A stretch of DNA of 39,907 bases from Balamuthia mandrillaris (GCA_031835245.2 JAVKOQ020000114.1:124001-163907), one strand, 5' to 3'; counted from the first letter of the stretch, positions 11,689 through 22,381 are shown. Numbers and translations: made by a program. The notes: a model not told the origin generated them from the letters alone.

Positions 11689-11910
11689 ATGGGCTGGCTG
11701 CGAATTAACCGAGACCTGGAGGAGGTGGGCCACTACCGCGAGAACACGCACAAGTACTACCGCATCACTCCGCGCACGGCCTACCACGCGTTCATCTTCT
11801 TGTTCCTCATCCCTGTGGGTCTTTACGCGGGAGCGCGGGCCAGCTGCATCAAGGGCGACAAGCGCAGCTCCACTCGTCTTATTACCGCACGACCGAGGAC
11901 TTACCCCTGA
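11689..11910 (+). CDS. NDUFB4: Mitochondrial complex I accessory subunit NDUFB4/B15-like, 73 aa
   Basis: N..LEE...YRENTHKYYRITPRTA + TM (FIFLFLIPVGLY) resembles the plant/fungal NDUFB4 pattern REN...FRWT.R + TM-P. Confidence 0.75.
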   Translation: MGWLRINRDLEEVGHYRENTHKYYRITPRTAYHAFIFLFLIPVGLYAGARASCIKGDKRSSTRLITARPRTYP

Positions 11911-12346
11911 ACCAAAAAATTAGTTTAATCTCTCCCAGCTCCTCTTCACTATTTTTTCTTCATCATCATCAACATTGTGGAAAAAAAAAAAAGCTTGTCA
12001 ACAAACACAAATCTCTCTTCCTCCCTTTTTTTTTTTTAAAAAGAATGATTTTGGAGTGCATTATTTTAACCTAGAGTTTGCGCCAAACATTTTTCTCTCT
12101 CTATTCTTGGTGTTGTTGTGGTTGTTGTTGGTGAGGCAGAAGAAGGATGGGCCAAAGCCTTCTTGTCTGCTACTTTCTAGTTTTTGTTTATACGTCGCAA
12201 TTTCTATCGATAATCGACAAAAAGTTCCATTTTGAGAAAAGTCGAGGCCGATCAATAATTATTACCGATCAGTATAAGCAAAATGTGGATAGTTTTTGAT
12301 CGCCTTGCAAAAGAAAAAGAAGAAACACAACACCACCAGCACCACC

Positions 12347-12541
12347 ATGCAAGTGGTGAATGGCAGCGACGCCACGGGAACAGAACCGCGCGGCATGGTT
12401 CAGATTCTGGACCACTTCTCCCAGCTACCCTCGAAGGCACTAGAAAGGATCTGGGAGGATGAGGAAGGTTTTAGCTATTTAGAAAAGTACAGGGATGTGT
12501 ACGACAAAGACCCAGACTTCAACGATTGTGTCCACAAATAA
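12347..12541 (+). CDS. Hypothetical 64-aa ORF, possibly a truncated gene or pseudogene 5' end
   Basis: ACCACCATG context after an A-rich leader like the neighbouring genes; globular-looking composition; no recognised motif. Confidence 0.3.
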   Translation: MQVVNGSDATGTEPRGMVQILDHFSQLPSKALERIWEDEEGFSYLEKYRDVYDKDPDFNDCVHK

Positions 12542-13215
12542 GAGGGCTGGCTCTTGCAAACTCCAGGACCATCATCATGTAGATGGTGACTGTTGCTCTA
12601 TTTTTCTCTGGAATAAGTGTTGGTTGAGCCCAACTTAAGCAAGTAGAGCAACTCCACCTTCTTATTTGCTATGGCCTCCGATGCTTCTGCCGTCGCCTTT
12701 ATCACTGAGCAAGCGATCAACCAGTTGCCTGTGGATCGCTGCCTCAGCCTTCTGGTCTGATATAGTATTTTTCCATCTTATGGCGAAGTTCTGCTTTTTT
12801 TCTCTTCTCTTTCTTTTTTGTAGTGTCGTAAGTCTCCTGTTGTTTTAGCTGCTTTTTTTCTCTTCTCTTTCTTTTTTGCTCTGCAAATATTATAGGTCCT
12901 AGAAACTTGGCGGACCAAGCCCTTGTTTGCGCTTTGTTCCTGTTGGTAGATGTACAAGGGGTGATGAGATAGCTGTTGGCTCGGGTCCATCAAGAGGCCG
13001 CCTTATAATCATCTTTGCATTCTCACCAAGAGGTTTTTTTTTTTTTTTGCTGTTGTTTTTCTTTCCAGTTTCGAATCGATAATTCCATATATTGTAATTA
13101 TTGTCTTCAGATAACGATATTTTTCGTTTTTGAGTAGTGAACTTTTCCCTTCAATCAAAAAAACAAAAAAGAAGAGAAGAGAAGAAAAAAAGTAACGGAA
13201 ACAAAAAAAAACGGA

Positions 13216-16200
13216 ATGAACGGCGGAGGAGAGGTGCCCCCCTTGGCGCCGCCCGACGGAGAGGGAGAAGGAGGGGAGGAGGGCTCCCTGCGCACCTCCT
13301 CCAACAAAGTGGTGGACCTGGTGAGCCGCTTCCAACCGCAAAAGAATGCCGCCCAGGAGGCGGTGCCGACGGAGGGCTTCCAGAAGCTCCACTGCAACCT
13401 GATGAGCGAGCTGCTGCAGCGGGCCAACAGCTGGCGCTCCCTCCGCGCACAGTGGGAGCAGCGCGCCCAGCCGGAGCCCCCTCCCGAGATCACCCGCACG
13501 GGCCTCGTGTGGACGCGCCCGCAGCTGGAGGCCGCCTCCAAGGACGAGATCTGGCAGAGCATCGACTGCATGCAGAAGGAGGTGGAGGCGCTGCGCAGCC
13601 ACGCCAACCTGAGGGAGGTGGAGGCCCTCCAGCGCAAGAACCAACAGCTGGAGGTCAAGCTGAACCGCACGCGCTCCTACCTGCAGCAGCTCAACGACCA
13701 GCTGGAGAGGATGCAGAACAACGCGGTTGCCTTAGGGTTAGACGGAAAGTCGCCGGCTCAGCGAGGAAAGCGAGAGGAGGAGGATGCAGCGGACGAGGAC
13801 GAGGACGAGCATGACTGGAGCGAGGCTATGGGGTGGAAGAACGGACTGGAGCATGCTATCGTCACGCTTAGAGACTATGAGCAAAAGGATAGAGAGCAAA
13901 CCAAACGGATTCAAGAACTCGAAGAGGCTGGTATGTCTTCTCTCTCTCTCTCTCTCTCTCTCTCCCCCTCTCTCTCCCTCTCTCTTCTCTTCTCTTCTCC
14001 CTGTTCTTCATTCCTCTACCTTCTCTTTCTGGTTCCTGTTCGTCACTCTTTTTCTCTTCTATCTTTTTGTTCTCGTTTTTTTTTCTCCAATAGACTCAAC
14101 TTTGTTGTAGTAGCACAAGCGCAACGAGCTCCAACTGTAGGAGGAAGGGACCCGATGGAACTGGACATGCTGGTAGCGCAACAGGAGGAACGTATAAAAG
14201 AACTAGAAGAGCAACTAGAGGATGCCAAAATGGCAGCCATCCCACAAATGCAGCAGGAACGATTTCAGAAAGAACAAGAAATGCGGCAGCAGATTGACGA
14301 AATAGAGGACCACTATCACGCCGAGTTAGCCGCACGCGATGAAGAGCTGGAGAAGAAGAACGAAGAGAATGAAAGATTGGAAACGGAGTTGCGTAGGATT
14401 CAGGATAAATTCGACCAAATGGAAGGACAGCTTGAGGCGCTGAGGGTGGAAAACGAACGTCTAGTCGTGGCAACAAAGGAAGCAGCTGAAAAAGGCAACA
14501 AACAGGAAGAGGCCAGCAACGCAAAAGCGGAGGTGGAGAAGCTTCAACAAGACAATGACGAGCTGCAAAAACGTTTGGCAGAGACTGAGAAACGGTTGAC
14601 TGAAATGGAGAAAGAAATGGAGGCCGTGCGCCAAAGAGAGAAGGAGGCTCGCGCAAAGGCTGAACGAGATGAACAAGAGTTACGTTCGAGGTTAGAACAG
14701 TCAAACGAAGAGTTAAAAGCGGCCAAAGCGGCAGCTATAGACAGAGACAATGCAACAATAGAGGAAGAACAAAAGCTTAGAGATGAGTTGGAGCGATTGA
14801 ACGGAGAGCTAGCGACAGCCCATCAAAAAGATCAAGCACAACTGGAAGCCCATCAAAAGGAAAAAGAGCAACTGTTGCAGCGCATAAAGGAGCTGGAAAG
14901 TAATAATGACGAGAGAGAAAAAGCTGAGACGGAAGCGTTGCGGCACACTATTAGCGACCTCGAGACAAAGCTTCAAGGTTTACAGAACGAGAAGGAGGAG
15001 CAGCTGAATCAACTACAGGATAGAGAACAGCAGTTGGAAGACAAACTGAGGCTCGAACTACAACAACTGGAGGCACGAGTGAAAGCTCTTGAGCAAGAGA
15101 GGGACGGGGCAAGAGATATGTTAGAGAAGGAACGAGTGAGTGCAGCACAACAAATGGAGCAACTTCAGACAGCCACCAAACAAGAGGTGCTGCGCATCGA
15201 ACAAGAGGCAGGAGAGGAAATCGCGCGGCTCAAAGAAGCAGTTGTCGAGGGACAGAAAAAGTGTCACCAACTGGAAACAGAGCTCCAAACAGCACAACAA
15301 CAGCAGGAGGAGGAACAAAGCCGTCGTATTGCAGAAGAGAACGACCGAAATCAACAACATAAGGCCAACGCTGCACAAGAAGAGAGTCAACGCATGCAAC
15401 GCGAACAAGAGAGAGCAGAGGAGCTTGCACGAATAAAAGCTGAACTGGCCGAGGCACAGAAGAGGTGCCAAGAATTGGAAACAAAATTGCAAAACACGCT
15501 GGAAGAGTTGGAAGAGGAAAGGCGTCAGTCTGCGGAAGAGAACACCCGACACCAACAAGCAATCGACCGGCATCAAGACGAGCAACGAGGTCTTCTTGAG
15601 CAAGAGCAACAACGTTTGGAGGATGTGAAGCAGCAATTGCAGCAATTGCAAGCGGAAAAGAAGGAGGTGGAAGAGGAAGCAATACGACTTGCTGAGGAAT
15701 TGCAAAACGCAGAAGCCAACAAAGATGATGCCACCAGAGACCAACAACAATTGGAGGAGGTGAAGCGGCGGGTGCAAAAAATGGAAGCAGAGAAGAAGGA
15801 GCAGGAACAAGAACGAACGCGGCTTATTGATGCATTGAAAAAAGCAGAAGTCGACAATGACAACATCACAAGAGAACAACAGCGATTGGAGGAGATGAAG
15901 CAGCAATTGCAGCAAATACAAGTTGAGAAGAAGGAGTGGGAAGAGGAAGCAATACGACTTGCGGAGGCGTTGAAAAGCGCAGAAGCCGACAAAGACAATG
16001 CCACCAGAAACCAACAACAATTGGAGGAGGTGAAGCGGCGGGTGCAACAAATGGAAGCAGAGAAGAAAGAGCAGGAACAAGCACGAATGCAACTTGCCGA
16101 GGCGCTGAAAAAATCAGAGGCTGACAAAGAAAATGCCACCAGAGACAAACAACGATTGGAGGAAGTGAATCAACAATTACAACAAATGGAAGCAGAGAAG

Positions 16201-17079
16201 AAGGAACAGGAACAAGAAAGAATTCGGCTTATTGATGCATTGAAAAAAGCAAAAGCCAACAAAGACAATGCCACTAGAGACCAACAACAATTGGAGGAGG
16301 TGAAGCGGCGGTTGCAACAAATGGAAACGGAGAAGGAAGAGCAGAAAGAAGAACAAACGCGACTCACTGAAGCACTGAAACATGCAGAGGCTGGCAAAGA
16401 AAATGCCACGAGAGAGGTGGAACAGCTACTACAAGTCAAAGAAGCTTTACAAGGAGCGTTGAAGACAGCACAAGCCAAAGGATCAGAAGAACGGGCAAAG
16501 CAACAAAAGGAATTGGCGGCTGCTCGAGCAGAAGCCCAACGTTTGAAGGACGAGTTGAAGAATGCAGGAAGAGAGGCGGAGAGAAAAGGCAAAGAGAAGG
16601 ACGAGGTAACAGCAGAGCAAATAACAGAAAGCAAACAAAAGATAGCCCAACTACAAAACCAGCTCAAGGCAAAAGAAGACCAAGTACTTCGTCTCACGCA
16701 AGAACTGTCCGCTCAAAAGAACAGACACCAGCAACTCTTAAAAGAGGAGAAGAAGAACAAACGACTGAGCAGTCCCCTCTTGCCCATCAACAGAGCTAAA
16801 TGGCGGTCGATGGCCTCTTTTGCGACAAGCGATGAGATCTTAGCACAAAAGGAAAAGGACAAAGTGAAAGAAATGCAAGAGACATTAATGCACCAGCAAG
16901 AGATGGTGAAACAACTGTCTGCTCTCCAACACAATCACAACAAGGCTGGCTATCTCATCAGCAAGGCTCAACTTTTGGGCAACCTTTTGGTGTGGTGCTG
17001 CATCACCATGTTTCTCTTTGGATGGCTTTATCTTCGCTATTACCGGCAAACTCTACTTGAGTGGCTTCCGCCGCATTGA
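13216..17079 (+). CDS. Long coiled-coil tail-anchored membrane protein (KASH-like or golgin-like), about 1227 aa after removing in-frame intron 13931-14110
   Basis: E/Q/K-rich heptads over more than 1000 aa; single TM LLGNLLVWCCITMFLFGWLYL then RYYRQTLLEWLPPH*; GTATGT...TTGTAG intron with CT tract. Confidence 0.85.
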   Translation: MNGGGEVPPLAPPDGEGEGGEEGSLRTSSNKVVDLVSRFQPQKNAAQEAVPTEGFQKLHCNLMSELLQRANSWRSLRAQWEQRAQPEPPPEITRTGLVWTRPQLEAASKDEIWQSIDCMQKEVEALRSHANLREVEALQRKNQQLEVKLNRTRSYLQQLNDQLERMQNNAVALGLDGKSPAQRGKREEEDAADEDEDEHDWSEAMGWKNGLEHAIVTLRDYEQKDREQTKRIQELEEAGMSSLSLSLSLSPSLSLSLLFSSPCSSFLYLLFLVPVRHSFSLLSFCSRFFFSNRLNFVVVAQAQRAPTVGGRDPMELDMLVAQQEERIKELEEQLEDAKMAAIPQMQQERFQKEQEMRQQIDEIEDHYHAELAARDEELEKKNEENERLETELRRIQDKFDQMEGQLEALRVENERLVVATKEAAEKGNKQEEASNAKAEVEKLQQDNDELQKRLAETEKRLTEMEKEMEAVRQREKEARAKAERDEQELRSRLEQSNEELKAAKAAAIDRDNATIEEEQKLRDELERLNGELATAHQKDQAQLEAHQKEKEQLLQRIKELESNNDEREKAETEALRHTISDLETKLQGLQNEKEEQLNQLQDREQQLEDKLRLELQQLEARVKALEQERDGARDMLEKERVSAAQQMEQLQTATKQEVLRIEQEAGEEIARLKEAVVEGQKKCHQLETELQTAQQQQEEEQSRRIAEENDRNQQHKANAAQEESQRMQREQERAEELARIKAELAEAQKRCQELETKLQNTLEELEEERRQSAEENTRHQQAIDRHQDEQRGLLEQEQQRLEDVKQQLQQLQAEKKEVEEEAIRLAEELQNAEANKDDATRDQQQLEEVKRRVQKMEAEKKEQEQERTRLIDALKKAEVDNDNITREQQRLEEMKQQLQQIQVEKKEWEEEAIRLAEALKSAEADKDNATRNQQQLEEVKRRVQQMEAEKKEQEQARMQLAEALKKSEADKENATRDKQRLEEVNQQLQQMEAEKKEQEQERIRLIDALKKAKANKDNATRDQQQLEEVKRRLQQMETEKEEQKEEQTRLTEALKHAEAGKENATREVEQLLQVKEALQGALKTAQAKGSEERAKQQKELAAARAEAQRLKDELKNAGREAERKGKEKDEVTAEQITESKQKIAQLQNQLKAKEDQVLRLTQELSAQKNRHQQLLKEEKKNKRLSSPLLPINRAKWRSMASFATSDEILAQKEKDKVKEMQETLMHQQEMVKQLSALQHNHNKAGYLISKAQLLGNLLVWCCITMFLFGWLYLRYYRQTLLEWLPPH
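15607..16416 (+). repeat. Coding tandem repeat, 6 x 135 nt (45 aa), with 270-nt higher-order period
   Basis: TTGGAGGAGGTGAAGCGGCGG recurs at 15751, 16021 and 16291. Confidence 0.9.
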
Positions 17080-17200
17080 CGGTAAGACCTTCCTCTTGTT
17101 CTTGTTATTCTTGTTCTTCTTCTTCTTCTCGCGCGCGCGCGCGCGCTCTCTCTCTCTCTCTCTTGCAAGAAAAAAGAATAAGCACTGGAAGAAGTTATAT

Positions 17201-18361
17201 TTACTCTCGAATGTTATTCCAATGCGTTACTAACTTGTCTTTCGCATAAGCAGCTGTTGTAAACATAGGAGAATTTCCTTTGGAACCATTGTTGTACCGT
17301 TTGTATTTAGCCATTTTTAAGCGAGGCAATAGAAAGGACACAGCTGCAATAAAGTTGGCCTCTGGTGAATCTTCTCCATCCAACACAAATAACTTCTTTA
17401 GTTCGTTTTCGTCTCCATGTTTGTGCTGTCTATCTTCTCCACCCTCTTCTACTTTCCTTTCACTCAACCAAGGCTGCAATATCTCTGGAGAGCTGTACTC
17501 ACAAAACGAAGGCCATATGCAACTTTCAAAGTATTTCTCCATTCTCTCTTGTCTCCGTTTCTTCTCCTCTTCTGTTCTCTGGTTTCCCACTTCACCATCA
17601 TCTGCCACTCGTCTTTGGCGACAAACAGACTTGGATAAGGTCAGAAGCATGCCCGCTTCAAACCGTTGACTTGTCTCCGTGTGAGCCAACGCCAAGAAGC
17701 TATCTACTATCAGCACAGCTCTCAACCCTACTTCTTCTTCATCTGCTTGTTCAAACTGTTGGAGAAGAGCGGAGCGAGCGTGATCGATGGCAATGTTCAT
17801 GGAACGAAAGTCAACGGCCTCTACGCGCTCCCAATTGCTCTCCCCTGCATCGTCGGACCATGGGATGACGTCCTTCCAGTACTTATCCCCTGTCACCACC
17901 ATCACTTTTGCTATCGTCTTTTCTTCCTCTCCCGCGTTCTCTCCCTCCTCACATTTTGTGTTGTAGTTGTTATGCCATTCCTGGTAGAACGTTTTCGCTC
18001 GGTTCAGGATGATATCTTCTTCTCCTTCTTCTTCTCGGACGCCTCGTTGATGGCCCTGAAGGTACTCTGTCCACCAAGCGGCCAAAGCAGCGGCCAGCGT
18101 GGATTTGCCGGACCTAGTGCATCCACCTATCCCTATCATCATCACTCTATCCTCCTCCTTTGAAGAACTCTTCTCCTTTGATGCATCGCCATCGTCGTTA
18201 CAGCCGTCCTCCTCATCGTCGATGTCCACAAGCGGATGACCGGCGCGTTCCGCTTTGCGGTAGAGAGTGATGGCAGCGGCCATGTCGCCCGCTAGCTCCC
18301 GTTCCTTGGCACGTGCGTAGTACAGCCTTCCCTCGGCAGTAACCTTAGACGTTGAAGACAT
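17201..18361 (-). CDS. Nicotinamide riboside kinase-like P-loop kinase with an N-terminal helical (TPR/MIT-like) segment
   Basis: IGIGGCTRSGKSTLA Walker A; GDKYWK; NWERVEAVDF; LIVDSFL; CRQRR lid; YFESCIWPSF. Confidence 0.75.
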   Translation of the reverse strand: MSSTSKVTAEGRLYYARAKERELAGDMAAAITLYRKAERAGHPLVDIDDEEDGCNDDGDASKEKSSSKEEDRVMMIGIGGCTRSGKSTLAAALAAWWTEYLQGHQRGVREEEGEEDIILNRAKTFYQEWHNNYNTKCEEGENAGEEEKTIAKVMVVTGDKYWKDVIPWSDDAGESNWERVEAVDFRSMNIAIDHARSALLQQFEQADEEEVGLRAVLIVDSFLALAHTETSQRFEAGMLLTLSKSVCRQRRVADDGEVGNQRTEEEKKRRQERMEKYFESCIWPSFCEYSSPEILQPWLSERKVEEGGEDRQHKHGDENELKKLFVLDGEDSPEANFIAAVSFLLPRLKMAKYKRYNNGSKGNSPMFTTAAYAKDKLVTHWNNIRE

Positions 18362-18454
18362 GCTTCTTCTTCTTCTTCTTCTTCTTTCGTTTTTATTTGT
18401 TCCAATGAATTTTTCTTTTTTTTAATTTATATTAACTTTCCATTTTCGGTGAAA

Positions 18455-18499
18455 GCTGACGTGGGTTTGGATTTCAGCCAAATAAATTCGCTGACGTCA
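18455..18499. promoter_or_regulatory. Two CRE/ATF-type motifs (GCTGACGT at 18455; TGACGTCA at 18492) in a 213-nt divergent promoter
   Basis: Motifs read directly; function is inferred. Confidence 0.35.
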
Positions 18500-18574
18500 A
18501 TTGCTGCTCGAGTTGAGTACTATTTGTGCACTATCTAGCGTTACAAATAAGAAAAAAAAGAAAGAAAAACAGAG

Positions 18575-20296
18575 ATGAGGAGAAGGACGGAGGTGAAGTG
18601 CGGAGCTTGCGGCTCTCTTTCGGGAGTCCTCGCGGCCATCCTTCTCGTTAGCTCCTGCTTCGTGGTGGTAGCAGCAACGGACAGCAACGACAAAGTTGAC
18701 AGTACAACCACTATAGACCCCAGCCAAAGTAACGGTGGAGCCAACGGCTTCGTCTCTGCCGTTCATAAAGTTCGTTTCGTGCATGACAACAACGAGGAGG
18801 AGGAATGGACGGCGGAGGCAACGGCAGCAAAGCGTAACAACTATGATCCTCATGCCCCTCCTTCCGTTGGTCCTTGGTTTGAAGGTTCTCTCTCTTTCGT
18901 TTCATGTGGGCTTCTTCCTTATAATAACCTCGACAAAACCAAAACCAAAGGATGGTACACGAGAGTGGTGGATAGAGAAGGAAAGTACTCGTTTGGCATA
19001 ATGGCGGGCTCCTTCTGCGGTAGCGGTGTCTCCTGCAACTACGACGCCAACCTGCCTGGCTACATGGCTCTCATTCAACAAGTCATTCCTTCCAACTCCT
19101 CTTCTTCTCCCTCAAAAGCAGCAACGGAAGACCAAGCTGTTCTTTTTGCCTTTAAGCAAAGGTTGTTGGAGGGAAAAGCATTTGCCTCTTATAACACCAA
19201 TGCGACAGCCATGGAGGTGTGGGAGCTGTTTCCAAATGCCACTTCGATCACCATCAAGAAAGGAGAGCCGGTGGACGTGAATCCCGACTTTAGCTCCCCT
19301 CCTGACTTTGAGTGGAAGATATTGGGTGGAGAGGGCGAGGATGGCGCTGGCTGCTTCTTCAGGAACGATGCTGTCTATTATGTCTCCAAATCTCAAGGTT
19401 TTGCATTCTGTCTTCTTGTTCTTGCTCTTCTTCTTGCTGTTCTTGTCCTCCTTGTCCTTCTTCGTCCTGTTCTTATTCTTCTCGCTCTTAAAAACAAAAA
19501 AGGAGTAAAGTTTTCAGCCAAGTTCAAAAACCCGCTCTACTGGGAGAAGAACAAACCAGGAGAAGGACCAGAGGGCAACGCCATCTACCTCCCTCTCCAG
19601 CAGCACTGGTTCGTGTATAGCCTTGGCTCCGATGCCGTCTGGCAGTTCCTCCAGCAGAACTCTAGTGTTTCGTTGAGCGGCTCTGGCTGGGCTCACCAAG
19701 AGAAGAACTGGGGTGTCTCCTTCCCCAAAGCTTGGATATGGTCTGAGGTATTGTTCTTCCTCCTTCTTCCTTCCGCTTACAGTAACTAAAACAATCAACA
19801 AAACATATCGCAAACAGGGAATGGCGGAGAACAACACACGCCACTTTGCGGTGACGGGAGGTAACGTGCCTGTTATAGGACCAATTGCAGTGACGGCGTG
19901 GTTGGTGGGCTATCGCAGCCCACGCATCAACTGGTCGTTTCGCCCTCAGAACGTGCTTACCAGCTTCACCCCAGGTATCGACGCTTGCTCCGGTTCCTTC
20001 AACATGACTGTGCAAACCCCTGTTACCAAGCGACTAGGTGCGTTTGTCCTTTTTCTTTTTTCTTTTCGTTTCTCCTTTATCTTCCCTCTTTCTCGTTCTT
20101 CTTTCCTTGTTCCTTCTTTCCATTTCGTTGCTTCGTCACTACTAACCGTTTGTTGGTGTTTGCAGTGTTTACGATGAAGGCTCCTGTGAAGACATACACC
20201 CCGTTGTCAGTGCCATCATTGCAAGGATGGGTTCCTGACGGCTGTGTTGAAACTTACGTTGCTGAGGTACAATCCATTCATTTCTTTCTTTCTCTA

Positions 20297-20335
<39 letters not shown>

Positions 20336-20499
20336 TCTCTCTCTCTCTCCCTCTCTCTCTCTCTCTCCCCCTCTCTCTCTCTCTCACCTGTTATCAAAAG
20401 ACTGTTGTAGAAGCTTATGAGAATGGGTACTTGGTGGATTGGACTGTGTTTCGTAACTCTGCTCTCGAGTTTGGTGGAGAGTACATGTGCAAGCCATAA
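18575..20499 (+). CDS. Tocopherol cyclase (VTE1)-like beta-barrel protein with N-terminal signal/TM, about 6 exons
   Basis: Spliced PWFEGWYTR, GEGPEG...LPLQQHWFVYSL, AHQEKNWGVSFPKAWIW and final exon NSALEFGGEY (20401-20499). Confidence 0.8.
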
Positions 20500-20551
20500 A
20501 AACAAAATTAGGTCTGTTTCTTTATTGTTTGGAGTTTGGCTTTTGTTCCAA

Positions 20552-22381
20552 TTAGTAATAAATGGAACGAACTCGATGGATAGGGAGATGCTTCATGAGC
20601 GATGCATTCTCTTTGGCACTGTCCCAAAGATAAAAGTCGATGACTATCGCGTTCAGCGGATGCGACTTCCATTCTTCTTTTGTATCTTGTCCTTCTTCCT
20701 CTTTCTCCAGCCGTGCCATTTCTCTTCGAATAAGCTATATCATTCGATTAGTTTCAGTCCAATCAGTGTGAAACAAAAAAAAGAACCAAACCTCAACTGC
20801 CCAAATGGAACAGCCTCTTATTTCCACCTCGAGCTCATCGCCTGAATGGAAGAGATGGCCTTCCGTTAGCTGTTCCAATAATTCGTTGCTATATTTCAGC
20901 GCCCCGAAGTACAGTAGACCCTGTTACAATAAACGTTTTTTGTAAGTCTGCAATGCTCAAACAGGATGCAAAAATGTCATCATCTGTCTTTACCTGAGGT
21001 ACTCTATGTGTGCATTAAGCTGAAGTTAGATAAGAAAGAGAGGAGAAGAGAAAGAATTGAAATGAATTATCGTTACCTATAGTCAGCGAACATGGTAATG
21101 TGCTCAATGTCTGAAAAGCTACCAAAGCTAGCACCAGCAAAGCAAGCCCACAGATCCGCTATCAATATCTGTGCTCGTTTGTAAAACTTAACTAAGGCAT
21201 CATACAATGTAAGTTCTTGAACAAAACAGATGAGAGAGAGGGAGAACAAGAGAGAAGAGAACGAGACCTGTCCTATCGTGATACTGAGCTTCGTCTCTAT
21301 ATGAACTAAAGTTCTTAACAATAAGGTCTAATAGAAGAAGAGCGTTGCCACCAGCCTCTGCTATGCAATTGACAAAAGAGCCCTGAAAGCGGCGCAGGAG
21401 GACACTTCCAGCCTCGTTCAAGACGCCCACTCTCTCCTCCAGCATTGGCAGCTCTTCCTCCGTCTCTGACCGGAAGATATGTCGCAGCTTCTCCTTTGAG
21501 ACATCTCGCATGTACTCGGCACTTGTGAATGGGATGCCCTCCTGTGTTATGTTTGAGAACTCTGATATAAGCAAACAAGAAAGAAAGCAGAGGAACGAAG
21601 AAGAGAAAAGCAGAGAGAAGAGAACGAGAGAAGAGACAAGAGGCAAGAGAACGAGAAGAGACGACGAGAAAACGAGAGAGGATAACGAGAAAAGCAGAAC
21701 AAGAAGAGAGCAGAGAGAAGCAAAGAAGCAGAGAACGAGTTAACAAGAGAAGCAGAGAACGAGCGAAGAAGAGGAGCAAGGTGTAATGACCTCAAGAGCT
21801 CGGTTTACAGCAGCACAAAGGGACCAGTATCCGGTGTAGGTGTTGCCACGGTAGGCCACAGCGAACGGCCGTTCTTCGGACTCGCTCCAAAAGCTAAAGT
21901 TGAGGGTGTCCACCAGGAATATCCTTTTTTTTGTTATGATGAAAAAAAAATTGTTGTGAGCCAAAAGGGTTACAAAAAAGGTGGTGCTCCGGGGTGCTGT
22001 ACCAGTCCACAGTCGCTTTGGTCTTGTCTTTCGGGTTAAGAGCGTGCTGCGACCATGTTTGCAAAGAAAAACGTCCCTTCTTGCGGACCTCGTGCAACTT
22101 TTGTTGTTGTTGTGGTTGTGGTTGTGGTTGTGGTTGTTGTGGGGGTCACTTGTGAGGAAGCGAATAGAAAAAAATAAAGCTGAAGATGTACATATATATA
22201 CCTTGCGAGCAGCAGAGACGACGCCTTCAGCGGGTACGCTCACATGTTCCGCCCTTCCTGCAATAAACTCTGCAGACTCCAACACCACCGACGCTGTTTC
22301 TGTGGCCTTCGTCTGGGGCGCCGCTGTCCCTTCCTCCTCCTCCTCCTCCTCCTCTTGTTGTTGTCGTTGCATGTTCTTCAT
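20552..22381 (-). CDS. QNG1: Queuosine 5'-phosphate N-glycosylase / queuosine salvage protein (C9orf64, DUF2419), multi-exon, includes a 10-nt micro-exon
   Basis: [84 protein letters not shown]. Confidence 0.96.

Noticed and set aside
15607..16416. Regularly spaced repeats as a CRISPR-like array
   Set aside because: The intervening sequence is itself homologous and in-frame coding; eukaryotic context; no cas genes
17130..17146. (CG)8 run between convergent genes, potential Z-DNA or hairpin
   Set aside because: Short and adjacent to other microsatellites; no evidence of function
17201..22381. NRK-like, tocopherol cyclase-like and QNG1 as a cofactor-salvage gene cluster
   Set aside because: Unrelated pathways and mixed orientations; adjacency is expected in a compact genome
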